A DNA stretch of 64,000 nt from Thermoproteota archaeon (GTDB lineage: Archaea; Korarchaeota; Korarchaeia; Korarchaeales; Korarchaeaceae): assembly GCA_027491915.1 (NCBI GenBank), contig JAOZGC010000001.1, positions 1 through 64,000 of the forward strand. The letters run 5' to 3'. This document shows, piece after piece, positions 35,923-45,606 of this stretch. The position numbers and the translations under genes are program-made. Under the pieces are notes generated by a model that ran no database searches, had not been told where the DNA came from, and worked only from the letters and a program-made list of their open reading frames with translations. Numbering within the stretch: the stretch's first letter is position 1; every line of letters starts with the position of its first letter.

Positions 35923-37599
35923 TTGGGCAGGTGGATAGTGGCCAGCGCCTGGCCCTACGCGTATTCCATCCCCCACCTGGGGAACCTCATAGGGGCGCCC
36001 CTCTCGGCCGACGTCTTCGCCAGGTTCCTCAGGAAGATGGGGGAGGAGGTGGTCTTCGTCTCGGGAAGCGACGAACACGGGACTCCCATAGAGGCGGAGG
36101 CGCGGAGGAGGGGGATACATCCGAGGGAGCTCACGGACGAGATGCACGAGAGGCTCAGGGACCTGTTCCGGAGGTTCGGCATAAGCTACGACAATTACAC
36201 CCGGACCGAGAGTCCCGTGCACGTCGACTTCGTCAGGGACTTCTACTCCAAGGTCTACGACAACGGGTACGTCTTCGAGAGGGAGGTGGAGCAGCTCTAC
36301 TGCCCGAACTGTCGGATGTTCCTCCCGGACAGGTTCGTCACCGGGACCTGCCCATACTGCGGCAATCCGTCCGCCTACGGGGATCAGTGCGACAGGTGCG
36401 GGAAGCTCCTGAAGCCGACCGACCTGATAGGCCCCAGGTGCGTCTTCTGCGGATCGACCCCGGTGCTGAGGAGGACCAAGCACTGGTTCTTCGACCTCCC
36501 CAGGTTCGCCGGCCCCCTCGAGGATTACGTGTCGGGGAACGAACGCCTCCCGGACAACGCGAGGAACATGTCCCTCGCCATGATAAGGGAGGGGCTGGAG
36601 CCCAGGTCGCTCACCAGGGACAACTCCTGGGGAATCCCCGCCCCCTTCCCGGGGGCCGAGGGAAAGACCATATACGTCTGGATGGAGGCGGTGCTGGGCT
36701 ACGTCTCCGCCGTCAGGGAGTGGGCCGAGGAGGCGGGGGATCCCGCCGCCTTCGACACGTACTGGAAGTCGCCCGACACCAGGGCGGTCTACTTCATAGG
36801 GAAGGACAACATCCCCTTCCACGTGATAATACTCCCGGCCCTCCTGATGGCCAGCGGCGAGGGGTACGTCCTCCCCTACAACGTGGCCTCGACCGAGTTC
36901 CTCATGTACGAGGGGATGAAGTTCTCCAAGTCGAAGGGGGTGGGGATATGGATGGACGAGGCGCTGGATCTCCTGGAGCCCGACTACTGGAGGTACTACC
37001 TGCTGGCGACCAGGCCCGAGAGGAAGGACGCCAACTTCAGCTGGTCCGACTTCGAGGAGAAGATAAACGGCGAGCTCAACGACGTCCTGGGGAACTTCGT
37101 CCACAGGGTGCTCACCTTCGTGAGGTCCAGGTTCGGCGGGGTGGTCCCGGACGGCGAGATCGATGGGGAATCCTCGGAGACCCTGGCCGAGGCCAGGTCC
37201 CACGCTGAGAGGTCCCTGGAGGAGATGAAGGGTTTCAGAATGAGGAGATCCCTCCAGGAGGTCATGGAGGTGGCCAGGATCGGGAACAGGTACCTCAACT
37301 CCAGGGCCCCCTGGGACCAGATCCGGGTGGACAGGGAGGCGGCCGCCGCGACCATCAGGACGGCCGTCTCCATGGTTAAGATGCTGTCCGTCTTCATAGA
37401 GCCCTTCCTGCCCTTCTCCGCCGAGAAGATCTGGGGCATGCTGGCCCTGGACGGGGACGTCCACAGGGTGACCTACGGTGAGGCCTTCAACCCGGTGCCC
37501 GGGGGGCACGAGATAGGGGAGCCGAGGCCCCTCTTCTCCAAGGTCTCGAGGGAGGACCTCATCGCCAGGCTAGAGGAGATCAGGAGGGATCGGGGTTAG
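35923..37599 (+). CDS. metG: Methionine--tRNA ligase (no C-terminal OB domain)
   Basis: TTG after aggaggtg; SAWPY, HLGN, GSDEHG, Zn knuckles, FIGKDNIPFH, KFSKS. Confidence 0.96.
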   Translation: MGRWIVASAWPYAYSIPHLGNLIGAPLSADVFARFLRKMGEEVVFVSGSDEHGTPIEAEARRRGIHPRELTDEMHERLRDLFRRFGISYDNYTRTESPVHVDFVRDFYSKVYDNGYVFEREVEQLYCPNCRMFLPDRFVTGTCPYCGNPSAYGDQCDRCGKLLKPTDLIGPRCVFCGSTPVLRRTKHWFFDLPRFAGPLEDYVSGNERLPDNARNMSLAMIREGLEPRSLTRDNSWGIPAPFPGAEGKTIYVWMEAVLGYVSAVREWAEEAGDPAAFDTYWKSPDTRAVYFIGKDNIPFHVIILPALLMASGEGYVLPYNVASTEFLMYEGMKFSKSKGVGIWMDEALDLLEPDYWRYYLLATRPERKDANFSWSDFEEKINGELNDVLGNFVHRVLTFVRSRFGGVVPDGEIDGESSETLAEARSHAERSLEEMKGFRMRRSLQEVMEVARIGNRYLNSRAPWDQIRVDREAAAATIRTAVSMVKMLSVFIEPFLPFSAEKIWGMLALDGDVHRVTYGEAFNPVPGGHEIGEPRPLFSKVSREDLIARLEEIRRDRG

Positions 37600-37625
37600 C
37601 GGTTGGGGCCGGCCGCCGGCGCCCC

Positions 37626-38438
37626 TCAGTCCCCCTCCCCTCCCCCGCTCTCCTGGGCCCTGTGGACGACCACCCTGAAGCTCACCGTGGACTTGGCTAT
37701 CGGGTGGCCCGGGGCGCCGACCACCAGCTTAACCTCCTCGGTCCAATTTCTGAACGCCTTCACCGTGTAGTTCATCTCGGCGTAGCCGTCCGCGTCCGTC
37801 TTACCCGGATCTGGGCTGAACCACCCCAGCCCGGCCCTCTTCATGCCCGAGACGGGCCACACCCTGGCCCCCCCGACGGGCCTCCCCAGCTCGTTGAGCA
37901 CCCTCACCCTCAGGACGACCGTCACGTTGGGCGCCGTGCTTATGTTGGTCGAGTTCGGTCCCAGCGTGACGTTCACCTCCTCGGGGGTGACCGACGCCTC
38001 GACCGAGAGATTCCCACCGTAGTACACCGTGAACGGCTCGTCGACCGTGACGTCCCTTCCAGCCAGGGTGGCGGTCACCCTGACGACGTGCAGTCCAACG
38101 GAGTACCTGCCCTCGAGCGCGGTCAGCCTCAGGATTCCCCGACTCCCGTTGAGGTGGAAGCTCTCTATCTCCCTGAGCTGCGGGCCCTGCAGCACGTGGA
38201 CGGTGACGTCAGAGGCCTCGGATGGTGCGTTGACCGAGACGGTGAAGTTTCCGTTGAGGGGGACGTTCCTCGGGTCCACGGCCACGGATACCGGCGGGGG
38301 GGCCCACAGGAATCGGGGCATCACCAGCAGCAGTACTCCGAGACCGACTGCCAGGGCCAGCGAGGCGTACAGCTTAATGTCTCTTCCCTCAGCGCCTTCC
38401 CGCAATCCAGATCGCCGATCCTGGGGGGCCCTATACAT
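37626..38438 (-). CDS. Membrane-anchored/secreted Ig-like beta-sandwich protein (start uncertain)
   Basis: N-terminal TM, beta-rich, several N-x-S/T sequons, TDADGYA. Confidence 0.65.
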   Translation of the reverse strand: MYRAPQDRRSGLREGAEGRDIKLYASLALAVGLGVLLLVMPRFLWAPPPVSVAVDPRNVPLNGNFTVSVNAPSEASDVTVHVLQGPQLREIESFHLNGSRGILRLTALEGRYSVGLHVVRVTATLAGRDVTVDEPFTVYYGGNLSVEASVTPEEVNVTLGPNSTNISTAPNVTVVLRVRVLNELGRPVGGARVWPVSGMKRAGLGWFSPDPGKTDADGYAEMNYTVKAFRNWTEEVKLVVGAPGHPIAKSTVSFRVVVHRAQESGGGEGD

Positions 38439-38494
38439 TAAGCTTGCCCCCTCCCATGCTTATTTATCTCCCCTCCCCCCTGCCCGGGAGCGAC

Positions 38495-39604
38495 TTGAAG
38501 AGGCTATCCCCCAAGTACCAGGGAAGGCTGGAGTTCCTGGAGTCACCCAGGTACATACTCTTCGGTCCCGGGGCCATCGAGAAGTCGGCCGAGACCCTGA
38601 TGGCGCTGGGAATCTCCGGCAAGGCCCTCATAGTGACCGGCGGTCCGAAGACCGAGAAGATAGCGTGGAAGCTGGGCGAGGCCCTGGAGCAGGAGGGTCA
38701 CCCCTTCCACCTGTTCAGGATAGGGGAGGGGGAGCCCACCCCGAGGGTCGTAGAGGGGGCCGCGGAGGCGGCCAGGAGGGAGGGCTGCTCCTTCGTCGTG
38801 GCCGTGGGAGGGGGCAGGGCGCTCGACGTCGGCAAGCTGGCCAGCCACTGGGTCGGGATGAAGTACCTCTCCGTCCCCACCTCCGCCAGCCACGACGGAA
38901 TGGCCTCCCCCTCCGTCGGTTTCCTGCTGTCCCGCGCCGTCTCGGAGTACAGGGGGCCCGAGTGGGCCAGGCCGGAGTCGCCGACCGCCGTCATAGCAGA
39001 CACGGAGGTCATAAAGAACGCCCCCGACTGGACCATGAGGGCCGGTTTCGGGGACTTGATCGCCAAGTTCACCGCGGTTAGGGACTGGGAGCTGGCCCAC
39101 AGGCTGAAGGACGAACCGTACAGCGAGTACGCGGCCTCGATGTCCCTGCTGAGCGCGCGCCTCGCCGTCGAGCACGCGGGAGACCTGAAGCCCGGGCTGG
39201 AGGAGAGCGTGAGGCTGCTGGTCAAGGCCCTGATAGGGAGCGGCGTGGCCATAAGCATAGCGGGATCCAGCAGGCCGGCCAGCGGGAGCGAGCACCTGTT
39301 CAGCCACGCGATAGACCTCCTATCTCAGCGGGAAGGAGTCTCCAGGGCACCTCACGGTATACAGTGCGGCCTGGGGGCCATCATGATGGCATACCTCCAG
39401 GGTCAGGACTGGAGGATGATAAGATCGAAGCTCGAGGAGGCGGGCGCCCCGATCACCGCGCGGGAGGCGGGCCTCGACCCGGAGGTCGTCGTTAGGGCCC
39501 TTACCCTGGCCCACAGGGTGAGGGACAGGTACACCATACTGGGGGAGACGGGGCTCACAGAGAGCGCGGCCAGGAAGCTGGCCGAGAGGACCGGGGTCAT
39601 ATGA
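38495..39604 (+). CDS. egsA: sn-glycerol-1-phosphate dehydrogenase
   Basis: VGGGRALDVGK, PTSASHDG, DWELA, SSRPASGSEHLFSH, HGIQCG, RYTILG. Confidence 0.95.
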   Translation: MKRLSPKYQGRLEFLESPRYILFGPGAIEKSAETLMALGISGKALIVTGGPKTEKIAWKLGEALEQEGHPFHLFRIGEGEPTPRVVEGAAEAARREGCSFVVAVGGGRALDVGKLASHWVGMKYLSVPTSASHDGMASPSVGFLLSRAVSEYRGPEWARPESPTAVIADTEVIKNAPDWTMRAGFGDLIAKFTAVRDWELAHRLKDEPYSEYAASMSLLSARLAVEHAGDLKPGLEESVRLLVKALIGSGVAISIAGSSRPASGSEHLFSHAIDLLSQREGVSRAPHGIQCGLGAIMMAYLQGQDWRMIRSKLEEAGAPITAREAGLDPEVVVRALTLAHRVRDRYTILGETGLTESAARKLAERTGVI

Positions 39605-40181
39605 GGCCCGCCGCCTTGAGGATCGCCAGCCTGGGGAGGATCGGCGCGGCGAGCATGGCCGCCCCGGCCGCGGAGCACCTGGGGCCGGCCGCCCTCCTGA
39701 CGAGGGCTCCGGCCGCGAGGGCGCCTCCGATCCAGCCGACGTCCGACAGTATCAGGGCAGCCCTCATCGCGGGCGGGCCGGCCGCGAAGGCCAGGACGAT
39801 CGGAGAAGGGGAATCCTCCACCACCCCGGGGGAGAGGGCCAGGGCCGCGAGGGCCGCCGCGCTGGCCGCCCCTGGAATCGCCAGCGCAATGCCCATGGAG
39901 GCCAAGATTCTCTTCCAGGTGGAACCCCACCTCAGCCCGCCGTCGGCGCCCTCCCCAACCACGAGCCCGGCGAGGAGGACGGCGGCGCCCTCAGCCCCGG
40001 CGGCCGCGGCCCAGGCCCCCGGGCTCCAGCCTGTCTCCAGCGCCATGGCCCTCCAGGCCAGAGCCCCCCGGAACGCCCCCAGCGCCAGGATCGAAACGGC
40101 GGCCAGGGTCGGCGTCCTCCACGTGGCCGTACCAGCCTCTATCCTCTCTATCTCGGCCTCCAGGGCATCCAACAACCTCAA
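39597..40181 (-). CDS. Hypothetical Ala-rich membrane protein
   Basis: Multiple TMs; start overlaps abce1 stop. Confidence 0.5.
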   Translation of the reverse strand: MRLLDALEAEIERIEAGTATWRTPTLAAVSILALGAFRGALAWRAMALETGWSPGAWAAAAGAEGAAVLLAGLVVGEGADGGLRWGSTWKRILASMGIALAIPGAASAAALAALALSPGVVEDSPSPIVLAFAAGPPAMRAALILSDVGWIGGALAAGALVRRAAGPRCSAAGAAMLAAPILPRLAILKAAGLI

Positions 40182-41977
40182 GAGTAGTACCTCCCGCTCC
40201 TCCTGGCCTCCTGATCCAACTTCGACCCTGGCTTGTTGACCTTGGGCCTCCCACTCTCCGGATCCCTCCTTATGGTTATCCCCACGTCCCTCAGGAAGTC
40301 GTTCATACCCTTGCCCATGTCGATCGGGCCGGAGGCCTCTCCCCTGACTCCCGGGACGCCCCTGAAGACCATGACCCTGCTGGCCAGGGCCTCTATCGTA
40401 ACTATGTCGTGCTCCACGACGAGCGCGGCCTTCCTCTCGCCCTCCACCCTCCTCCTTATCGCCTTGGCCGCGGCCATCCTCATCTCGACGTCCAGGAAGG
40501 CGCTAGGCTCGTCTATCAGGTACAGGTCGGCCTCCATCCCCAGGACCGAGGCCAGCGCGACCCTCTGGAGCTCCCCCCCGCTGAGGTCCCCCACCATCCT
40601 GTCCATGAGCCCCTCCAGCCCCAGCCTCCTGATCACCTCAACCCTGAAGAAGCTGGAGGAGAAGTTGGCCCCCACGGCAGACCTGATCAGCTCGGCCACG
40701 GTCCCGCCGTAATCGGACCTGACGTGTTGGGGCTTGTAGGCGATCTTCAGTCCCCCAGATGATATCTCCCCCTCGGCCGGCCTCAGCTCCCCGGCGAGCA
40801 GCCTGACGAAGGTGGTCTTACCTATTCCGTTCGGCCCCAGCGCGGCGACGACCTCCCCCTCCCTAAGCTCCCCCGGACCAACAGAGAGCTCGAATCCCCC
40901 GTCGTAGGAGAACCTGAGCTCGGTGAACGACGTCAAGACCTCCCCGACCGGCTCCCCCCCGCCGGCCCTGGACAGGAACATTATAGAGTCCTCCCTGAAC
41001 CTGACGTTGTCTTCTGGCACGTATCCCTCCAGGAAGATGTTTATCCCCTCCCCCACCCCATGGGGGAAGCTGACTATCCCGAACACCCCCGGCCGCCCGT
41101 ACAGCACGTGTATCAGGTCGCTCATGTAGTCCAGCATGGCCAGATCGTGCTCCACCACCAGGACCGCCGCCCCCATCTCTGGGAGTCGCCTTATGAGTTT
41201 CGACGCCCTGATCCTCTGGTAGACGTCCAGGTAGTTGCAGGGCTCGTCGAAGAAGTAGACGTCGGCGTCCTTGGAGTAGGCGGCCGCGAGGGCGACCCTC
41301 TGGAGCTCCCCCCCGCTGAGGTCCCCCACCATCCTGTCCATGAGCCCCTCCAGCCCCAGGACGGAGGCAGCCTCGTCGACCCTCCCCGTCTCATCAGCGC
41401 CCTCCAGAGCCTCCCTGACGGTCCCCCTGACAACCTTTGGTATGAGATCGATCCTCTCCGGCTTCCTGACGACCCTCACCTCTCCGCGCGAGAGTCGCCT
41501 CAGGTAGTCCTGCAGCTCCGATCCCCCGAACCTATCTAGGATCTCCTCCCAGTCCGGTTCCCCCTCCTCGTCCGTTCCCACCGCGCCCAGGTTGGGCCTC
41601 AGGTCCCCCGAGAGTATCCTCACGACCGTGGTCTTGCCCACCCCGTTGGGCCCCACGAGGCCCACCACAGATCCCCTCCTGACCAGGGGCAGCCTGTACA
41701 GCACGAAGCCGTTCGGCCCGTACCTGTGTATCTCCTCCCCCTCGACCGGCGCTGGGAGGTTCACCACGGATATGGCGGAGAAAGGACACCTCTTGACGCA
41801 GATGCCGCACCCGACGCACAGGTCCTCGTCTATTATCAGGAACCCGTCCTCCAGTCTTATGGTCTCTTTCTCTCCCGCCCTCACCCTGGGACAGTACTTG
41901 ATGCACTCTCGACCGCACTTCTTCGGATTGCACGAGTCCCTGTCAACCACGGCGATTCTTCTCCTCTTCTGCACCAT
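40178..41977 (-). CDS. abce1: Ribosome recycling ATPase ABCE1/RLI1
   Basis: N-terminal FeS domain (CNPKKC, CVGCGIC), YGPNGF.LYRLP, two ABC domains, RRDPESGRPKVNK. Confidence 0.97.
   Translation of the reverse strand: MVQKRRRIAVVDRDSCNPKKCGRECIKYCPRVRAGEKETIRLEDGFLIIDEDLCVGCGICVKRCPFSAISVVNLPAPVEGEEIHRYGPNGFVLYRLPLVRRGSVVGLVGPNGVGKTTVVRILSGDLRPNLGAVGTDEEGEPDWEEILDRFGGSELQDYLRRLSRGEVRVVRKPERIDLIPKVVRGTVREALEGADETGRVDEAASVLGLEGLMDRMVGDLSGGELQRVALAAAYSKDADVYFFDEPCNYLDVYQRIRASKLIRRLPEMGAAVLVVEHDLAMLDYMSDLIHVLYGRPGVFGIVSFPHGVGEGINIFLEGYVPEDNVRFREDSIMFLSRAGGGEPVGEVLTSFTELRFSYDGGFELSVGPGELREGEVVAALGPNGIGKTTFVRLLAGELRPAEGEISSGGLKIAYKPQHVRSDYGGTVAELIRSAVGANFSSSFFRVEVIRRLGLEGLMDRMVGDLSGGELQRVALASVLGMEADLYLIDEPSAFLDVEMRMAAAKAIRRRVEGERKAALVVEHDIVTIEALASRVMVFRGVPGVRGEASGPIDMGKGMNDFLRDVGITIRRDPESGRPKVNKPGSKLDQEARRSGRYYS
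40557..40624. repeat. 68-bp perfect direct repeat, abce1 NBD2 signature region (other copy 41292..41359)
   Basis: Base-by-base identity; both encode LGLEGLMDRMVGDLSGGELQRVA. Confidence 0.9.
41292..41359. repeat. 68-bp perfect direct repeat, abce1 NBD1 signature region
   Basis: Identical to 40557..40624. Confidence 0.9.
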
Positions 41978-42013
41978 GGTCTGGGTCCTCTCCCCCCGAG
42001 GCTCCCTCCGACC

Positions 42014-42643
42014 CTACCTGCCAGCTCCCTTCAGCACGAAGTCCCTCCCCAGGTCGAACGCCCTCAGGTTGACCTCCAGGTACCTCTCGGGGGTCACCCT
42101 CCCCAGCGCCGCCCTGACGTCACCCTCGTCGAACGGGAGCGCCCCCATGGCCGCGGCGGCCCCGAGGACCACGACGTTGGTGGTCACGGGGTCTCCAGCC
42201 TCGGCGGCCAGCTCGGTGGCCGGTATCGGCACCAGCCTCCCCGGCCCGGCTGATCTTATCGCTTCCAGGATCTCCTCCAGCTCAGGTATCTTTCTCCCCT
42301 CGACGAACGCCGATATCGGGGGTATCATGTACGTGTTTACGATCGCGGAAGTCTTTCCACTCATGTATCCGGCGAATCTGGCCCCCTCTATTGGTTCCAG
42401 GGCTATCAGCAGGTCCAGCGTTCCGGGCATTATTAGCGGACTCCTCACGTCCCTTCCCAACCGGATCTCCGTGTGTATCGAGCCGTACCTCTGGGCCAGC
42501 CCGTGAACCTCGCTCTGGACGAACCTCATCCCTGCTTCTAGGGCCGCCGCCGTTATCACCCGGCTCGTGAAGAGTATTCCCTGACCTCCCACCCCGGCCA
42601 CTATGATGTTGAACTCGTCCAGCTCATCAGACCCCATAACCAT
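42014..42643 (-). CDS. iorB: Indolepyruvate:ferredoxin oxidoreductase beta subunit
   Basis: AGVGGQG, SEVHGLAQRYGS, NVVVLG, NLRAFDLG. Confidence 0.92.
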   Translation of the reverse strand: MVMGSDELDEFNIIVAGVGGQGILFTSRVITAAALEAGMRFVQSEVHGLAQRYGSIHTEIRLGRDVRSPLIMPGTLDLLIALEPIEGARFAGYMSGKTSAIVNTYMIPPISAFVEGRKIPELEEILEAIRSAGPGRLVPIPATELAAEAGDPVTTNVVVLGAAAAMGALPFDEGDVRAALGRVTPERYLEVNLRAFDLGRDFVLKGAGR

Positions 42644-44510
42644 CCCTCCTCCAATCCAGGGAACCCTCTTGGGGAACTATGGCCTGAAACGGGCACACGT
42701 CGACGCACGATCCGCATCCGAAGCAGACGGCGGGATCTATCCTCACCTTCTCCCCCGTGTCCACGAAGGCCGGGCAGGCGTAGGTCTTGACGCACACGAG
42801 GCAGTGGGTGCACCTGTCCGGGTCCACCCTGTAGGGGACGATCTTCTTTCCCTCCCTCCTGAGCCTGCCAACCGTGAGCAGGGCGCACTCCCTCCTGGAT
42901 ATTATCACGGAGACGCCATCCCTGCCCATCGCCTCTTTGATGGCCTTCTGGGTCTCCTCGAAGTCGTACGGGTCTACGACCCAGACGTTCTCCACCCCCA
43001 GCCCCCTGACCACCCTCTCTATGTCCAGGGGGAAGGCCTCCCTGCCGAGGGCGTCCAGGTCCGTCCCCGGGTGGGGCTGATGCCCCGTCATAGCCGTGGT
43101 CCTGTTGTCCATGACCACCAGCAGGAACTTCCTCCCGTGGTGGATCGCGTTTATCAGGGCGGGTATCCCAGCGTGGAAGAATGTCGAGTCGCCTATAAGG
43201 GCCACCACCTGCCTGTCCGTTGCCACGCTGAGCCCGTTGGCGAAACCGACGGAGGAACCCATGGCGTGGGTGACGTCTGCCAGCTCGAAGGGCTTCTGGA
43301 ACAGGAGGGCGTAGCACCCTATGTCGTTCATGAAGGCCGCCCTGCCGGCCACCCTCTTCAGGGCGAAGCCGGTCGCCCTGTGGGGACAGGCCGGGCACAT
43401 CACTGGGGGCCTGGGCGGCAGGTCGATCCCGGCGCCGGTCCCTCGAGACGGGGGGCTGAACTCGACCCCGGCGGCCTCGGCCACGGCGGCCGTCACCGAG
43501 ACCGGGTCCAGCTCCCCGACCCGGGGCAGGTGACCCGAGAACTTGCCCACTATCCTCAGGTCGGGATTGGCCTCCTTGGCCAGCCTGGCCGCGTCCGCCT
43601 CCAGCACCGGTTCCAGCTCCTCCACCACCAGCAGCGTGTCGACCTCCCTCAGGAAGTCTGAGATCCTCCCCTCGGGAAGGGGGTTCGTCATCCCGAGCTT
43701 CATTATCTGGGCCTCCACCCCGAGTCTCCTGACCGCCTCCCACACGTAGTTGTAGGATACCCCGGAGGTCATTATTCCCAACTCAGCGCCTGGCTGTCCC
43801 TCAACCCTCAGGAATTCCCCCCCCTCCGCGACCTCCTCCCTTATCCTCGAGAGCTTCTCGAGCAGCTCCCTGTGGTGCGCCCTGGCGAGTCTGCCGACCT
43901 GGACGTACCTCCTCGGCGGATCCGGGGAGAACCTCCCCTTCCCCCTCCTCTCCCTGATCGGGCCGAGCACGACCGGCGCCCTCACGTGGCTGACCCTGGT
44001 GGTGGTCCTGAGGGCGAACGGGAGGCCGTACTCCTCAGACAGGTCGAAGGCCGATCTGGTAAAATCCTTGGCCTCTTGAGGGTCGGCTGGCTCCACGGTG
44101 GGCAGGTTGATGGCCCTCAGCAGAAGCCTGTTGTCCTGCTCGTTCTGGCTGCTGTGGGCGTGGGGATCGTCGGCAGAGACGAACACCATCCCGCCAACTA
44201 CCCCGGCGTAGGCCAGGGTGAACACGGCGTCCGCCGCCACGTTGACGCCGACGTGTTTCATGAATGCCATCGACCTGAGCCCGGACCACGCGGCCGCCGC
44301 GGCCACCTCGGTGGCGACCTTCTCGTTGGCGGCCCACTCGAAGTGGAATCCCACCTCCCTGGCCGCCGCCGAGAGGGCCTCACCGATCTCCGTGCTGGGC
44401 GTCCCCGGATAGGCGGCGGCCACGTCCAAGCCGGCCTCTATGGCCCCCCTCGCTATGGCCTCGTTTCCTAGGAGGACCTCCAATTTACCCGGCTCCGACA
44501 ACAGTCCCAA
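42627..44510 (-). CDS. iorA: Indolepyruvate:ferredoxin oxidoreductase alpha subunit
   Basis: LLGNEAIARGA, YPGTPSTEI, MKHVG, SSQNEQD, CPACPHR, IGDSTFFH, C-terminal ferredoxin; TTG start. Confidence 0.95.
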   Translation of the reverse strand: MGLLSEPGKLEVLLGNEAIARGAIEAGLDVAAAYPGTPSTEIGEALSAAAREVGFHFEWAANEKVATEVAAAAAWSGLRSMAFMKHVGVNVAADAVFTLAYAGVVGGMVFVSADDPHAHSSQNEQDNRLLLRAINLPTVEPADPQEAKDFTRSAFDLSEEYGLPFALRTTTRVSHVRAPVVLGPIRERRGKGRFSPDPPRRYVQVGRLARAHHRELLEKLSRIREEVAEGGEFLRVEGQPGAELGIMTSGVSYNYVWEAVRRLGVEAQIMKLGMTNPLPEGRISDFLREVDTLLVVEELEPVLEADAARLAKEANPDLRIVGKFSGHLPRVGELDPVSVTAAVAEAAGVEFSPPSRGTGAGIDLPPRPPVMCPACPHRATGFALKRVAGRAAFMNDIGCYALLFQKPFELADVTHAMGSSVGFANGLSVATDRQVVALIGDSTFFHAGIPALINAIHHGRKFLLVVMDNRTTAMTGHQPHPGTDLDALGREAFPLDIERVVRGLGVENVWVVDPYDFEETQKAIKEAMGRDGVSVIISRRECALLTVGRLRREGKKIVPYRVDPDRCTHCLVCVKTYACPAFVDTGEKVRIDPAVCFGCGSCVDVCPFQAIVPQEGSLDWRRDGYGV

Positions 44511-44544
44511 GCAGGATCCCCCTCCCCTCTCTCGGATAAATAGT

Positions 44545-45090
44545 TTAAAATTGATACCCACCGTTCGGACCGCCGAGTTCCTCGCGGACCGTCCGGTACG
44601 CCCCGTCTCCGACGTGGTGTAGGTTCTTGACGCTCTTTCCCCTCTTCCTCAGCTCCCGCGCCGGTCTCAGAGTTCTGCCAACGCACACCGGCGCCAGGTA
44701 CCTCTCATCCCTGACCACCACGAGCCCTCCCTCCCTGGGGTCGCCCTCCACCCCGACTATCCCCGGGCCCATCACGTCGGCCCCGTTGGCCAAGAACCTG
44801 ACGGCCCCCTCGTCCACAATCACGGATGGGAGGCCCACCGAGGGATCTCTGAGCGTTCCCAGGAAGGGGACCACCTCTCCGTCCGGGAGCTGCACCAGGA
44901 TCGGCCTCCCCTCGTGGAACAGAACCCTCCCCACTCCTCCCCTCTCACCGTACTCGACCGCCATGAGTGATCTCTTCTCCATCCCCTCCGGGATCACCTC
45001 TCTCAAACCGGGCTCGGCCGAGATCAGGCCTCTGATGATCTCCCTGGTCTCCCTCCTGGATATGTGGTACCTCTTTCTGCTTGGGGACAT
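44545..45090 (-). CDS. PUA-domain RNA-binding protein (Tma20/MCT-1-like)
   Basis: VDEGAVRFLANGADVMGPGI, KNLHHVGD. Confidence 0.88.
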   Translation of the reverse strand: MSPSRKRYHISRRETREIIRGLISAEPGLREVIPEGMEKRSLMAVEYGERGGVGRVLFHEGRPILVQLPDGEVVPFLGTLRDPSVGLPSVIVDEGAVRFLANGADVMGPGIVGVEGDPREGGLVVVRDERYLAPVCVGRTLRPARELRKRGKSVKNLHHVGDGAYRTVREELGGPNGGYQF

Positions 45091-45144
45091 CGCGCCCCGG
45101 TCCGCCGGGAGCTTTAAATCGCAGCCCGTCCCGTGGGACCCGGA

Positions 45145-45450
45145 ATGAAGCTGAGTCTCCTGGACGTTCTCTTCTGCCCCGGCTGCGGGGCCTCCCCGCT
45201 GGCCATAGAGGTGATATCGGAGGAGCGGATCGAAGTTTCAGGTAAGGTCCCCGTTCCGGTCTGCGAGAGGTACTGCGCCGCCACGGGCGGTCCGCCGGGG
45301 CCAAGTTCCCCCTGCGTCGAGTGCCTTGGCAGGGAGATCCTGGCGGCCGAGCTGACATGCCCCTCGTGCGGCTCCAGGTTCGGGGTCGACGGGGGGGTGC
45401 CCCTCCTCCCTCCCCCGGCCGGGGAAGATTTTTTAGTCGGGGGTCGGTGA
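45145..45450 (+). CDS. Trm112-family methyltransferase activator
   Basis: MKLSLLDVLFCPGC...LTCPSCGSRFGVDGGVP, with Cys-rich insert. Confidence 0.8.
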   Translation: MKLSLLDVLFCPGCGASPLAIEVISEERIEVSGKVPVPVCERYCAATGGPPGPSSPCVECLGREILAAELTCPSCGSRFGVDGGVPLLPPPAGEDFLVGGR

Positions 45451-45459
45451 ATCGACCGT

Positions 45460-45602
45460 CGGGCCGTAGCTCAGTGGTACGCCTGTCGGCGCACCAGAGA
45501 GCGGCCGGCTGTAGTGGGGCTGCCCTGGGCGTCCCCGTCGGCGGTCCGCTCCGACACGCGGATACCGGCAGGTCCCGGGTTCGAATCCCGGCGGCCCGAC
45601 CA
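45460..45602 (+). tRNA. tRNA-Tyr(GTA) with 49-nt intron (45515..45563), about 19 extra nt in the D-arm, CCA encoded
   Basis: C1:G72 acceptor CGGGCCG/CGGCCCG-A-CCA, GCCGG-CT-GTA-G|...|A-CCGGC, TTCGAAT; relaxed BHB at 37/38. Confidence 0.9.
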
Positions 45603-45606
45603 AATC

